This document shows positions 1 through 13,173 of a DNA stretch of 64,000 nucleotides, piece by piece. The stretch's first letter is position 1; every line of letters starts with the position of its first letter. The DNA is from Paragordius varius (Eukaryota > Animalia > Nematomorpha), in contig OZ176052.1 of NCBI GenBank assembly GCA_964247055.1, positions 11,222,001-11,286,000 of the forward strand, read 5' to 3'. A program made the translations under genes and the position numbers. Under the pieces are notes generated by a model. That model was not told where the DNA came from. It made no database searches and was given only the letters and a program-made list of their open reading frames with translations.

Positions 1-941
1 TTCCGTTGCACAAAAATAACCTGGAATTCTTACATAAAATTATAGTTAGTTAGTTCCCCAACAAATATTATATTTTCTATTCCGCAATATTATATATATT
101 CATTTCTTTCATCAAAAATTTATAAAATGACAAAATAATAATAAAAACATATATTACAAATGTCATATTGTTTGTTTTTAAGAAGGGAAATATCTACGCA
201 TCCGCTAAACTCTTCGGACCAGGCGCCATCTGGTTAACATATCTTCGCGTATATGGCAGACACTAATTTTGATGGCATCGGGAAATAGCTTGACAAATGG
301 TTTGTCTTATAGGACACTCTTTTTCTGACACTGCGCTCATATATTACCTGAGAGATGGGCGAAATGTGCAGAATCCGATAGAAATATTTTAAATAAAATA
401 TATAAATGGTTTCATTACTGAAAAACAGTTAATACTTATCACTAAACCTGATGGTATATGAAAGGCAATGAGGATAATGGTAAGTTCGCCCACCTCATTT
501 TTAATATACACATGTTTAACATTTAAATTAATCTATCCTGTTTCCAATAAACGATTTTTTCATATCAACCTCCCTTCAAAAATAGACTAAATGACAGCAG
601 GCTTTTATATTTAAAAGAAACCAAGAGTTAATTAAAATGCAATGATCACAAAAATGTTGGTTACTGCCTTTTATTATAATAAAGTTCCATGATTAGAAGA
701 AAACTTTAACTTAAAAACTATGTGGATAATTTTGATTGGAAAAATGAGTGAAGCATTTATTTCTGGTTAAAAAACATTTTTTAATATATCTACCAAACAA
801 TACAAAGTTTTTGATTTAATAAGGTTAAAGTTTTAGAATGGTCAAACTTCTTAATTTTAAAACTTACATAAATAAAAATATATAATAAAACATGAGTTTT
901 TTATATTTATTTATTTTTATTACATATTGATAATTATTAAA

Positions 942-1612
942 TTATGGAAATGTCTTCCATATCATAGGACCCATATTCATATATTCGAATCTCCTCGCAC
1001 CATTTTTCATCGGACTTTTAGTTTTTAAACTGGACACAAAAGTTGAATTGCATACTTTATCCATCTTTTGCAGACGACAAAACTTGATGGGATCTATATA
1101 TTGATCTATTTAAAAATACTTGTAATTGATTATTAACACAGAATCTCTTTATATAAATTACCTTTTGTCTCACTGGGCCATAATTCGCCGGATTCATTCA
1201 AGGAAAAGAAAAAAGTAAATTCCTTTTTGGGAGATATTTTTTGAATCGGTGATAAATTTTCGACAGCATTCGTATTGTCTACCACACTCTCTACAGAGGA
1301 TTGGGATTTTTTTGAATTTTGCGACCAAGACATATTCACACTGAGACTATCAATGGCTGAATTTTCGACAGAAGTGTTTAGGTTCAAATGTAGATTGGAA
1401 TCTAATAAATAAATGAATAAGTAGTAATACAAAATTCATTTTAGTTTGAAAAGTATAATAATATGAATACTAGATATTGAAAGTAGTTGATTGCTTTCAG
1501 ACTCTGGTTTAAAACAAGAGAATCTTGAGAAAAGCGAAATAAACCAATGATAATTGCGTTTTCCACACTCAACGTTTTTTGTGTGATATTTCCTTTTCCC
1601 AAACATTTTCAT
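942..1612 (-). CDS. Array gene copy 1, three-exon orphan protein of ~177 aa, intact
   Basis: Exons 1612-1471, 1401-1162 and 1093-942 join in frame across GT-AG introns of 69 and 68 nt: MKMFGKRKYH...WFISLFSRFSCFKP...FTFFFSLNESGELWPSETKDPIKFCRLQ...RRFEYMNMGPMIWKTFP*. AATAAA lies shortly after the stop. Across copies, indels fall in introns rather than exons (one exception, copy 3). Confidence 0.75.
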
Positions 1613-2422
1613 AGTCAAAAGACGATGTTTTAGTTTTAGAATATAGTTAGTTTTAATAGTTGTAAATGTTTAAGAATTTTAAATGATTAACCAAAATGAT
1701 TGTTGTATGATATTGGTTGTTCTATTTTATATTATATAGGTTTGACATAAAAATACTTTTTAAAATTTTATTATTAATTTAGATTTCTTTTTAAGTTCAT
1801 AATATGTAGTTTATCATTCTTAGTTAAGGATTGTTAGAGTTAATATTGGATAAGAGGCGTTTTTAGTACTTTTTTATTAATTTAATAATTAAAGTTAGAT
1901 ATAAATATCAATCCATTTTTATATAATCTATATATATTAGTATGAACAAGATCGCTTCCGGTTTAAAAAATTGGTTCCCATGAAAAGGAAACCGTTTTGA
2001 TTCGGTTAAAAACCGAGTTATATTTTTAAATTTTTTTGTGGTAAAGATATTGTAAAAAAGTTTTCAAATATTTTGTCACGTATATTTAGCTATCATAAAA
2101 ATGGAAAATAAACTTATTTTGTGTGTATTTTGGGTAAAAAGTATACATATTATATTATACGGTAAAAGGCGCACGTGTTCAATCCTTATACCTTTCTGAT
2201 ACAAAAACACAATAAAAATTATAAATATCCCTTTTTGAAATAGAAGAAGGACCTTTTTTAAAAACGCACAAATACTTTGGTACTGTGCTCGCTATAATGA
2301 CTCGAATAGTAGGAAAAAACATGGCTCGTGATCCGCATAACCTCTTTCTTAGAATTTCTAATTAAAGTATTTTTGTATTATTAAACCAATTTTAATGTTT
2401 AGGGTTCCTAGTTTTAAATTAT

Positions 2423-4512
2423 TATTGTAGCAAAGATCGTTGTCGATTTATTGCTTTTTCGAAGGTGTATTTTCTCCAGTTTATTCGATTGTAAGTGACT
2501 GATGTTCGCTGTTGTAAAGAGAGATTGGTTTCTTTGGTTAGGTTTTCGATCCAACGCATCTTGCACCTTCCACGTTTCCTGGATCTTTCGACCTTGCCTG
2601 TCATTAGTTGGAATTCCAAGTCATTAGCTCTGGTAATGTGACCAAAGTATGATAATTTCATTTTGAGGCATATGCCAATCAGGTGTATCTCGGGGTTTAT
2701 TTTGTCAAGAATTACAGTGTTCTTTATTTTATCTTTCCAAGTGATTCGAAGTATCTTCCGCCAGCACCAGATTTCGAAGCGTTAATGTATTTTTCATCTA
2801 CCTTTTTTATTGTCCAGCTTTCTGATGCATATAGCATGCTAGGAAATATTAGGTCTTTAACTAAACGGATTTTTGTTTTAAGTTTGATGTCGTGTGATGA
2901 CCATAGTTTATTATATTTTATCATTTTTGTCTTAGCAATTCCTATTTTTTGATGTCCGGGGTGCTGTTGTTAGTTGTATTTATAAGACTGCCTAGGTAAG
3001 TGTATTGGGACACTACTTCTAGTTGTAAGTTGTGAAAAGATAAGTTGTTATAGTGGTTATGAGCGTTTATAATCATGATTTTAGTTTTTTTAAAGTTGAT
3101 CGTCAATCCAAATTTTTGACATTCGTTTGAGAATTCAGTTAAGAGTTTTTTTAGGTTGTCCACTGAGTTTGACAGCAGTATAGTGTCATCAGCATAGTGA
3201 AGTGATGATATAATATTGCCGGCGATGCGTATACCATTAGTTTTATCTATGTTCCGTAATACGCTTTCTATGCAAACGTTAAAAAGAGTGGGTGAAAGGA
3301 CGCATCCTTGTCGTAAACGATTGTTCATTTGTACCCAGTTACTTGTGCCATGTGGGGTTTTTATGTTTAGTGATAAATTGGAATAAAGGGATTTGATGAT
3401 GTTTAAAATGTGATCTGAAACTCCCATCTGAGATAGTGCCTTCCACAGCGTATCGTATTTCACGCTGTCGAAGGCTTTTGTAAAATCAATGAAGCAGATG
3501 TGGTTTCTTTCTGAAATTCAATTTGTTTTTCGAATATCCAAAGTATATTGCTGATCATGTCCCTGCATCCGCGATTGATTCTAAATCCCGCTTGGGTATT
3601 AGAAAGTTCGGCTTTAATTATGCCATGAATACGCCTGTGAATTATTTTGAGAAAAACTTTTGATGCTTGGTTGATTAGCGCTATAGTTCTATAGTTGTTA
3701 AATGATTTAGGATCGCCTTTTTTAAGATGGGGATGAGTATTGATTTGCACCAGTCTTGGGGGAATGAGGCGTGAGCAAATATCTTTTGGAATAAGTCAGT
3801 TAGGATATGAATTGGGATAAAACGAATGAGTTCGGTTGGATTATCGTTTACCCCTCAGATTTGTTGTTTGGGAAATGGTTGAGCGCCCATTCAACTTCTT
3901 CTTTGATGATCGGCGGGTCATGTTGATAGATATTACTGTTTTTATCGGCGTTCGATGGACTGGAGCCGTATAGTTTTAATACATATTGTTCCCATTGTTC
4001 CACCAGTGTTTTTTTGTCTGTGATGATATCTCCATCTTCATTTCTCATTGGGCCTTTGTAGATTTTAGACCTACGTGGAGCAATGTGATCTACTTCAGCA
4101 AAGTAGTTGTTGTTATGTTTAGCGTTTTCTAGTTTTAAGCACAGCTGATTGTAGTGAACGTTTTTGTCTTCCCGAGCGCTTTTTTGGAACTTTGCGTTAA
4201 GTGATTTGTATCTGCCGTTTTATTATTGCGTTTAGCTTGACGCCGTTTGTCCGCTAAATCTAAACTTTTTTGTGATAGTAATTTTGTTAAGATAGGATTT
4301 TTGGATAGGGATGCATTCTCTGGCTGTAGTACTAGTGATATTTTGTATTGTATTCCAAAGTTTTTCAGCGTCATCGTCTATTTCGAGTGTTTTAAATCTG
4401 TTTCAAGTAACAAAGGAAACTCGGGGGAGATCGCAGAAAAATCTAATTTAGGTTTATGCTGAAATCTTGGTTTGCGTGAGAGAACTGTTTTAATTTTTAG
4501 TTTAGCAGAAAA
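2423..4512 (-). mobile_element. 5'-truncated, frameshifted RTE-clade non-LTR retrotransposon
   Basis: Reverse transcriptase motifs QGCVLSPTLFN, YADD and YTYLGS, plus the RTE-type C-terminus LYASESWTIKK...LSYFGHI...MRW. (AAT)n-like 3' tail at ~2421. A 14 bp TSD TAGTTTTAAATTAT lies at 2409-2422 and 4586-4599. Confidence 0.9.
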
Positions 4513-4653
4513 AAAAATAACCACAACCTAGTTCTTTTGGGAGAAATAAATTGACTTTAAACAATTATAATTTAAAACTACAATGTAGTTTTAAATTATA
4601 ATTGTTTAAAGTCAATTTATTTCTCCCAAAAGAACTAGGTTGTGGTTATTTTT
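4513..4653. repeat. Perfect 141 bp palindrome (70 bp arms, 1 nt centre) at the LINE 5' junction
   Basis: 4513-4582 is the exact reverse complement of 4584-4653. The right arm is normal array spacer sequence. Confidence 0.95.
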
Positions 4654-5469
4654 AAGAAGTTAAAAATTTATCAATTTTTTAATTAGAAATTGTTCAATCG
4701 AATAGGTATTTATTTAAGTTTAAGATTACTGTTTATTAAACTAATTTTGGGGTAATTGTCATACTCTACTGTATTTTGGAAAAGGACTGCTATACAGTCC
4801 ACTTTACATATTAAAAGAATCTTGAACTGATCTAATTTTAATTTGAAATCCATTAAAAAAGATTTACGGTGTCAGATTTTACATTGAAAATAGAGGGGAA
4901 GATTTGTAACTAATAAGATACAACATATTTAATAAAGAACAGGTGTTAATTCTTGAAACGGTGATGATTGCTATAAATATTTGCAAAGCGTTTTGTGAAC
5001 AAACCAGCAACTTAAATTAAATTTTCCAGGCAATAAAAATAGCAACATATGAATCCCTTGGTTTTAAATTGCACAGACCAAAATTTATATACTATTTTAC
5101 AAAAAATTTGTCGTGTAATCAATTACTTATTATTAATTAGCTTATCTCTTTTTTAAAAAATTTAATGGATGCTAGTAACGGGATATGTTATATTTACCAG
5201 TTTGATTGTTCAATTAAAAAGTCCACAAAAATTTTAATTATATTGAGAAAAAATTGATTAACTAAATCTAAATTAAGCAAACGTGCACAAAATAAAATTC
5301 TTGGAATTCTTATATAAAATTCTAGTTAGTTAGTCCCGAACAAATATTATATTTTCTATTCCGCAATATTATATATATTTCTTTCATTACACTACACACA
5401 TTTCAAAAAATCTATAAAATGACAAAATAATAATAAACACATATATTACAAATGTCATATTGTTTGTTT

Positions 5470-5730
5470 TTAAGAAGGGAAATATCTACGCAACGGCTGA
5501 ACTCTTCGGACCTGGCGCCATCTGGTCAACATATCTTCGCGTCTATGGGAGACACTAATTTTGATGACATCGGGAAATAATTCGACAATTGGTTTGTCAA
5601 ATAAGATACTCTTTTTTCTGGCATTGCAGTCATATATTACTTGAGAGATGGGCGAATTGTGTAGAATCCGATAGAAATATTTCAAATAAAATAAATAAAT
5701 GGTTCCTTTACTAAAAAAAGCAGTAAAAAT
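5470..5730 (-). pseudogene. Decayed ORF-like block at the left edge of each unit (longest open version in unit 2)
   Basis: A relatively GC-rich block in all units. In unit 2 it reads ...YFYRILHNSPISQVIYDCNARKKSILFDKPIVELFPDVIKISVSHRREDMLTRWRQVRRVQPLRRYFPS*. Other units carry frameshifts, stops or deletions. Confidence 0.4.
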
Positions 5731-5741
5731 TTGCCTTTTAA

Positions 5742-6297
5742 CACTACGATTCAAATTGGGGTATCTAAATACCCCAGACCAAACTTGATTAAGGATTTTT
5801 GAATAACTAGGAAACGGTCCCAATTTAAATTTATGCTTCTATTATAATAAAAATCACATAAATATGGCAAAATATCTAAATATTGGAATAAATAGTTCCA
5901 TGTCAAACTACTTCGACGCCATTTTGATTTTACAAAATTTTTCCAAAATATCGTCTTCATTTAATTTTAAGGGTAAAATTAAAGCTAATTTTTGATATAA
6001 ATTACATCTAACATTGATAGAAATAGTAAAAGCGGTTTATTTTGTATTTTTTTTCAATTTTACGATTGCACAGATGTCACGTTGACTAATTTTTCACCTT
6101 TCGGTTGCTTAAAATAAGTAATATCAAGTATTTTTGAAGAAACTTTTTTATATATTACAGTTTATTAATGTTATATAAGTGCAAAATTTTGCCATGGTTT
6201 CGATTACATTTAAAAAATTTTATTTTAAACAGGCCTGGGGTATTTAACTACCCCAATTTGAATCGAAGGACTTAAATGAATGTGTTGTATCCAAGTG
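5742..6297. mobile_element. Non-autonomous piggyBac-like element (~556 bp)
   Basis: TTAA|CACTACGATTC ... GTATCCAAGTG|TAA termini with subterminal inverted GATTCAAATTGGGGTA motifs. A second copy lies at 42905-43469. Confidence 0.65.
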
Positions 6298-6566
6298 TAA
6301 TTATAATAGTTCCATGATTAGAAGAAAACATTAACTAAAAACTATGTGGATTATTTTAATTGGAAAAATGAGTGAAGCATTTATTTCTGGTTAAAAAACA
6401 TTTTTTAATATATCTACCAAAGAATACAAAGTTTTTGATTTAATAAGGTTAAAGTTTTAGAATGGTCAAACTTCTTAATTTTAAAACTTACATAAAAAAA
6501 TATAAAAAATAAAACATGAGTTTTTTATATTTATTTAATTTTTATTACATATTGATAATTAATAAA

Positions 6567-8363
6567 TTATGGAAATGTCTTCCATATCATAGGGCCCATA
6601 TTCATATATTCGAATCTCCTCGCACCATTTTTCATCGGACTTTTAGTTTTTAAACTGGACACAAAAGTTGAATTGCATACTTTATCCATCTTTTGCAGAC
6701 GACAAAACTTGATGGGATCTATATATTGATCAATTTAAAAATACTTGTAATTGATTATTAACACAGAATCTCTTTATATAAATTACCTTTTGTCTCACTG
6801 GGCCATAATTCGCCGGAATTATTCAAGGAAAAGAAAAAAGTAAATTCCTTTTCGGGAGATATTTTTTGAATCGGTGATAAATTTTCGACAGCATTCGTAT
6901 TGTCTACCACACTCTCTACAGAGGATTCGGATTTTTTTGAATTTTATGACCAAGACATATTCACACTGAGACTATCAATGGCTGAATTTTTGACATCAGT
7001 GTTTAGGTTCAAATGTAGATTGGAATCTAATAAATAACACTAGTCAACAAATTTGGACATTTTTGAGCACCACCACTCAAACTTTTAAATTATGACTAAT
7101 TTCAGTGTTTTAAAACCGAATGTAAAAAAATTTTTGATCCCGCCAATCAGAATTTTGAAATATTATAGGTTTTTCAATTTTTCAAAAACAAGAGAAAATC
7201 GAGAGAAAATTAAATATAACTTTATAATAAATTGTTATTATATTATAAACTTAATATCATTTAATAAAGCGTTTTAAACTCTATTTTTGAATATAAATGT
7301 GTCATTTAAATATCAGAGAGAAAAAAATATTACGGACTTAAACGTCATTTAGTCTTTTTCTTTCATGTGAATTTTTAATACGTATAAAAATTTTTTAAAA
7401 AAATACTAAAAAAGGCATTCTATGGTTTAAACCTTCGGCTTTTACATAGGCTATATTTTTTTTGTTACGAGTACTTATTAGGCTTTTTTTCTTGAGTTGG
7501 TTCTTACAAAAAATTCTTTATTTATACCTAGTGGATATATTTTATTTTTTAAAATTATTGGTTGTTTTGTATTTTTAATTTCAGATGGGTGTTGTGTAGC
7601 CACTTTTAGTAGAATTTACTATTATGGGATTGGACCATTTGTATTTAACTAATCTTTTTATTCAATTTAATTGTAGAATCTATCTAACTTTATTCTGTGA
7701 ATTGGTTAATTTAACATGTCAATTTGCCTGGATTTTGCTTGCAAGTCTCTCTTATCGGGCTTTACGATTACTTATTGTTATCTTTGCCATATCTGGCATA
7801 ATTGGATCGCTTGGGGGATATGCAGAGCTTGTGCAGCCGCCCGGATCTATCACACTATACATAAGCCCCTTTTAGATTTTTAATACTTTGGCTCTTAGCT
7901 TTAGTATCTTATTTAATGCCTATAATTTTGTTATTAATGCATGGAATATTACTTGTATTGACTTGTTCGTTTGAATATTTAAACATATGTACACGAGGAA
8001 TGATTGTTATTTTTAAATTAAATACAAATTTAAAAATTAAATTTCAAAAAATTCTATTGGTGGCCTCAATTTTCTTTTTTGTTTTGGCCTTTCCATGCCA
8101 TTAGGTGTCAGAAAATGCAAAAATAATGGGGTGGTACAAAACCTTGGTGAGCAGTGTAAATGAATAAGTAGTAATACATAATTCATTTTAGTTTAAAAAA
8201 GTATAATAACAATATGAATACTAGATATTGAAAGGTGTTGATTGCTTTCAGATTCTGGTTTAAAACAAGAGAATCTGGAGAAAAGTAAAATAAACCAATG
8301 ATAATTGCGTTTTCCACACTCAACATTTTTTGTGTGATCTTTCCTTTTCCCAAACATTTTCAT
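6567..8363 (-). pseudogene. Array gene copy 2, premature stop in exon 2 and a transposon in intron 1
   Basis: Exon 2 reads TCT TGG TCA TAA where other copies have TCG CAA. A 1119 bp element is inserted in intron 1 (7038-8156). Confidence 0.8.
7038..8156. mobile_element. Non-autonomous CMC/Chapaev3-like DNA transposon (1119 bp)
   Basis: Termini CACTAGTCAACAA / TTGGTGAGCAGTG with a 3 bp TAA TSD. Removing it restores intron 1 exactly as in other copies. Confidence 0.8.
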
Positions 8364-9941
8364 AGTCAAAAGACGATTTTTTAGTTTTAGAATATAGTTT
8401 GTTTTGATAGTTGTTTAAATGATTAACCAAAATGATTGTTGTATAATATTGGTTGTTCTATTTTCATTAATGGTATTTGACATAAAAATACTCTTTATGT
8501 TTTTGTTATTAATTGTAAATTTTTTTAAGTTAATCATAATATGTAGTTTATCATTCATAGTTAAAAATTGTTAGTGTCAATCTTGGATAAGAGGCATTTT
8601 GGCAGTGCTTATTTCATTAATAAAATAAATTTTAGTTAGATATGAGTATCAATCCATTTTTTATATGATCCATATATATTTAAGTATGAACATGATCGCA
8701 TTCATTTTCAAAAGGTTATAAAATAATAAGGAAACCGAATTGATTCGGTTTTTCCGAACTGTTGAAAATATAAAAAAGCCGATACAGTTATTTTTAAAAT
8801 TAGAGTAAAAACTCTTTTTATGCAGTAAAGATATTAAGAAAAAATTTCATAAAATAGTCATAATTATTAATTCAAATATTTTGTCATGTATATTTAGCTT
8901 GCATAAAAATGCAAAATAAACTTTTGTGTGCATTTGGGGTAAAAAGTATACCTATTATAGTATACGGTAAAAGGCGCACGGGTACAATGCTTATCCTTTC
9001 TGATTTCAATGCTAATTACAAAAACACCTTTAAAAATTATAAATATCTCATTTTAAATTAGAAGAAGGACCATTTAAAAAAAAACTGTGTATCCCTCGCT
9101 ATATGTAGGAAAAGATATGGTCGTAATCAGCATCCTAACCTCTTTTTTAGAATTTCTAATTATTTTTGTATTATATAACCTATTTTAATGTTTAGGGTTC
9201 CTTATTTTTAAATTATTGTTTTAAGTCAATTTATTCCCAAAAAACTAGCTTGTGGTTCTTTTTGAGAAGTTAAAAATTTATCAATCTTTTAATTAGATGT
9301 TATGTTCAATCGAAGCGATAGCTATTTAAGTGTAAGATTACTGTTTATTGATCCTATTATGAAGGGGTTAGGGTCATACGCCACTGTATTTTGGAACAGG
9401 ACTGCTATACCGACCACTTAACATAAAATCTTAAACTGATCTAATTTTGATAAACGTTTGGAAGCCTTTTCATAAACTAAAATCCATTTAAAAAATTACG
9501 ATGTCAGATTTTACATTAAGAACAGGGGGAAAATAATTAAGAGTTGTTATTTAATAAAGAACAGGTTAATTCTCAGAATTTTAAGAAACGGTGATGATTG
9601 CTAAAAATATTTGTAAAGCGTTTTGTGAGCAAACCAGCAACTCAAATTAAATTTTCCAGGCAATAAAAACTAAAACGTATGAATACCTTCGTTTTAGATT
9701 GCACAGAATTCAATTCTATTTTACAAAAAAATTGTCGTGTAATCAATTACTTATTATTAATTAGCTTATCTCTTTTTTAAAAATATAATGGAAATACTAC
9801 GTTTGCTTAATGTAGATTTAGTTAATCTTTAATTTTTTCAATATAATTATTTGTGGACTTTTTAATTGAGCAATCAAACTGGTAAATATAACATATTCCG
9901 TTGCACAAAAAAAATTCCTGGAAATCTCATATAAAATTATA

Positions 9942-11078
9942 TGCGATGATTTTGTTTTTTAAATTATTTTTTTCTAGAATATTTATTATTGAAGTAAAAA
10001 TTATGTCGTTATCACCGAGGGTAATAGAACTAAAATTTTAATTTCTACTCCGGTTTCTGGATAAAAATATCTTATTAAAGTGGGAAAAAATTTTGTTTCC
10101 ATGTGATTTGATGCAGCAGAGTATAGCGATATGAAATTAATTTTCAGCTTTTTGTATTTCAGAAAATTGTGGCGAAAGGACATTGCATATAATGACTTCA
10201 GCCTTTGTGCGGGCACATGTAAAATTTTTATTGAATAAGGTAAGAATAATCTGTTAGGTACAATCCATAGATCTAAAGGAATGATTGTGATTAACCGCGT
10301 GAAAAGATAAAACGCTTTCGGCTAGTGCCAAATTCTTTTCTTTCTATCCAAAAGCGGTTTTTCGATAAAAATCGCTCATTTTGTAAGATGATGCCGCCAC
10401 ATCTAAACAATTTTTATGTTTCTATGTTTTCATATGCTTTTTAATATCATGCTTGCCGCCATGTGCTAGGGTGAATTCCCCCTCGCATAAAGAACATTTA
10501 ATAAATGATTCATTCTTCGTTTTTTTTGATAAAAGGATATTCTTTGATTAATTCATTGTTGAATTAATAACCGCTTTTTGTACTCATATTTTTTTACTAA
10601 TATTAGTTTAAAAAAATATTACCTTAATTTTATGGAGTAAACGTATAACCTACCGATTTTTGGTATTAATTTGTCTTTTTGATAAGATTGGCAGGTAATA
10701 TAACTAAAATATTAGTATAAAAATATATTTTATTACCTTAAGTTTCTGAAGTTATATAAGCTACCGATTTGTGGTATTAATTAGTCGTTTTGATAATGTT
10801 GGTAGTAAGTGTAGGAAGTAAAGTGTATAATCACATGATATAAATTTGAAAAAAATATTAAAAAATTGTAATTTAAAATTGATTTAGATATTAAAGATAA
10901 TTAATGATAAAAAATTTAAACGAATAAAAAAAATAATTTTTTAAATAAATGTATTTAAAAAAACTTATTTTTTAAATAATCTTGAAAAAGCCGGACATTT
11001 CCAAAACGTAGCGGGACGCGGGACAAAGTGTGAAAAAGCAGGACTGTCCCGACAAAAGCGGGACGTCTGGTCACCTTA
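9942..11078 (-). mobile_element. 5' part of a formerly autonomous hAT (Blackjack-like) element with a decayed transposase
   Basis: Terminal TAAGGTGACCAGACGTCCCG read on the minus strand from 11078. Minus-strand translation gives HGGKHDIKKH..KH, HNHSFRSMDCT, CARTKAE and ASNH..KFFPTLIRYF...GVEIKIL, which are hAT transposase-like motifs. The other end and the TSD are missing. Confidence 0.8.
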
Positions 11079-11269
11079 GTCATACTGCACTGTATGTTGG
11101 AACAGGATTGCTATACAGTCCACTTTACATATTAGAAAAATCTTGAATTGATCTAATTTGATAACTGTTTTGAAGCCGTTTCTTAAACTAAAATCCATTT
11201 AAAAAAATTTACGGTGTCAGATTTTACATTGAGAATAGGGGTGAAATATTTAAGAGTTGCAACTAATAA

Positions 11270-12351
11270 CACTAGACAACAAATTTTAAGTTTTTTTAAC
11301 TGCCATTCTTGTAAATTTAAAATTTATTTCATTGTACATAATTAGTATATCTGAAAAGAAAATTGGTCTAGCATTCAAGAATTTTTTTATATTAGAGGTT
11401 ATCGATAGTTTTTGGCCCCGATTTAACATTAAACTCGAAATTTCGAAAATTAAAAGTTTTAGATATGAAGCCATGTATTTTATATCATTCGAAAGAGCGC
11501 AACTGCATCTTTTAAATGGTAGTAAGTCATTTAAATCAATCAGATGTAGAAGTTATTTGGATTTAAATGGTCGATAATTTTAATCCTTAAATAAGTCAAG
11601 AATTTTTACGGACAAACTAATTTTAAAATCATATAAATTATTTTAATATAATAGGGTTATATTAGTATTTAATTTTGAAAAAATGTTTGAAAAAGCTTTT
11701 GGTTTTTTTAATAAAAATTATTATTATCATAAATATTTTACCTGGATACTAAAATGCATAGTTACAACTGTAAATTTATTACATGGCTATAAAAGATCAA
11801 AAATACCTTAAACTTTTCGAAATTATCAGCCTAGTAAAGAAAATAAATTAATATTGACGAGATGGTTTTTTTTAAAAAACAAAAAACTAAAAATTGTTGT
11901 TTTGAGTGAAATAAAAGCAATAAAAAAATGTTGTAATCAAAAAAACTTTCTTGTGTTATCTTTTCTGGACATTCATCACCATCTAAACAAAGTTTGAGCT
12001 ATTTTCATCAATTAGTTTTAAAAATATAATAAAAATATAATTATTAAAAAAATGCTCTCGCTTCGCGCGTTTGTCGCTCTTTGTGTCCAATATTAACTCT
12101 CGATGTAATACATATTACTATGCATTTTATAGAGTTTTAATTACTCTTTCGAATGATATATAACAAATGAGCATTACTTGGATATTTTCAAAGAAATACA
12201 TTTTTGGTAAAAAAATTTTAAAGAGGGCGCATAATCAAAAAAATCAAATTATACAAAATTCTTCCATCGAGTTATAATTTTTATTTCAGATTTACTGTTA
12301 AAATGATACTAAATATCAGAAAATGCAAAAAACTAAAAATGTTGTCCAGTG
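11270..12351. mobile_element. Second Chapaev3-like non-autonomous element (1082 bp)
   Basis: Termini CACTAGACAACAAATTTT / AAAATGTTGTCCAGTG with a TAA TSD. It shares the subterminal TCAGAAAATGCAAAAA with 7038-8156. Confidence 0.8.
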
Positions 12352-12795
12352 TAAGATACAATATATTTAAAAAAGAACAGTGTTAATTCTCAGAATTTTA
12401 TGAAACGGTGATGATTGCTAAATATATTTGCAAAGCGTTTTGTAAGCAAACCAGCAACTTAAATTAAATTTTCCAGGCAATAAAAACAAAAACGTATGAA
12501 TCCCTTGGTTTTAAATTGCACAGACCAAAATTTTTATACTATTTTACAAAAAATTAATCTTGTAATCAATTACTTATTATTAATTAGATCTCTTTGTTTA
12601 AAAATATAATGGTTGCTAAATGTACTACGTTTGCTTAATCTAGAGTTAATCTTTAATTTTTTAATATAATTATTTGTAGATTTTTTAATTGAGCAACTGG
12701 TAAATATAACATATTCCGTTGCACAAAAATAAAATTCCTGAAATTCTCATATAAAATTATAGTTAGTTAGTTCCCCAACAGATATTATACTTTCT

Positions 12796-12957
12796 ATTAT
12801 TATATATGCTATTATATATCAACTAAAATTATATAAATTTATTGTAATATTTCTATTACTACATTTTAATATTTTACGTTTGACAAAGATTACTTGTAGT
12901 AATTGAAATATCATAGTAAATTTATATGATTTTAGCTGAAATTGCATATATAATAAT
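12796..12957. mobile_element. Small AT-rich foldback/MITE-like insertion
   Basis: Absent from other units. Imperfect inverted arms of ~60-65 bp (ATTATTATATATGC...ATTACTAC / GTAGTAAT...GCATATATAATAAT). Confidence 0.5.
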
Positions 12958-13173
12958 ACAATCACACTTCAGCGTAAACAATATCCATTATATATTCTAT
13001 TCCGCAATATTATATTTCTTTCATCACACTACCCATATTTCAAAAAATCTATAAACTGACAAAATAATAATAAAAACATATAATACAAATGTCATATTGT
13101 TTGTTTTCTAAGAAGGGAAATATCTACGCATCCGCTTAACTCTTCGGATCTGGCGCCATCTGGTTAACATATA

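Noticed and set aside
183-420. Plus-strand reading of the unit-edge block with TAA/TAG as Gln (ciliate-like code, suggesting HGT)
   Set aside because: TAA, TAG, CAA and CAG interchange between copies, but these are exactly the antisense of four Leu codons in the open minus-strand frame. TGA also interrupts the plus frame, and the host genes use the standard code.
942-1612. Amplified gene as a MARK-derived fragment (by analogy to mouse Smok)
   Set aside because: No visible similarity to any par-1 exon in the window and no kinase motifs.
1133-1618. Two separate single-exon ORFs per unit (MTMKMFG... and MYYYLF...) as listed in the ORF track
   Set aside because: Their intron-derived ends vary by indels between copies, while GT-AG joins give one continuous frame. 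They are exons of one gene.
183-3300. Unit as a tandem Helitron (rolling-circle concatemer)
   Set aside because: The unit junction TTTTTAAG|AAGGG lacks TC/CTRR ends and a terminal hairpin.
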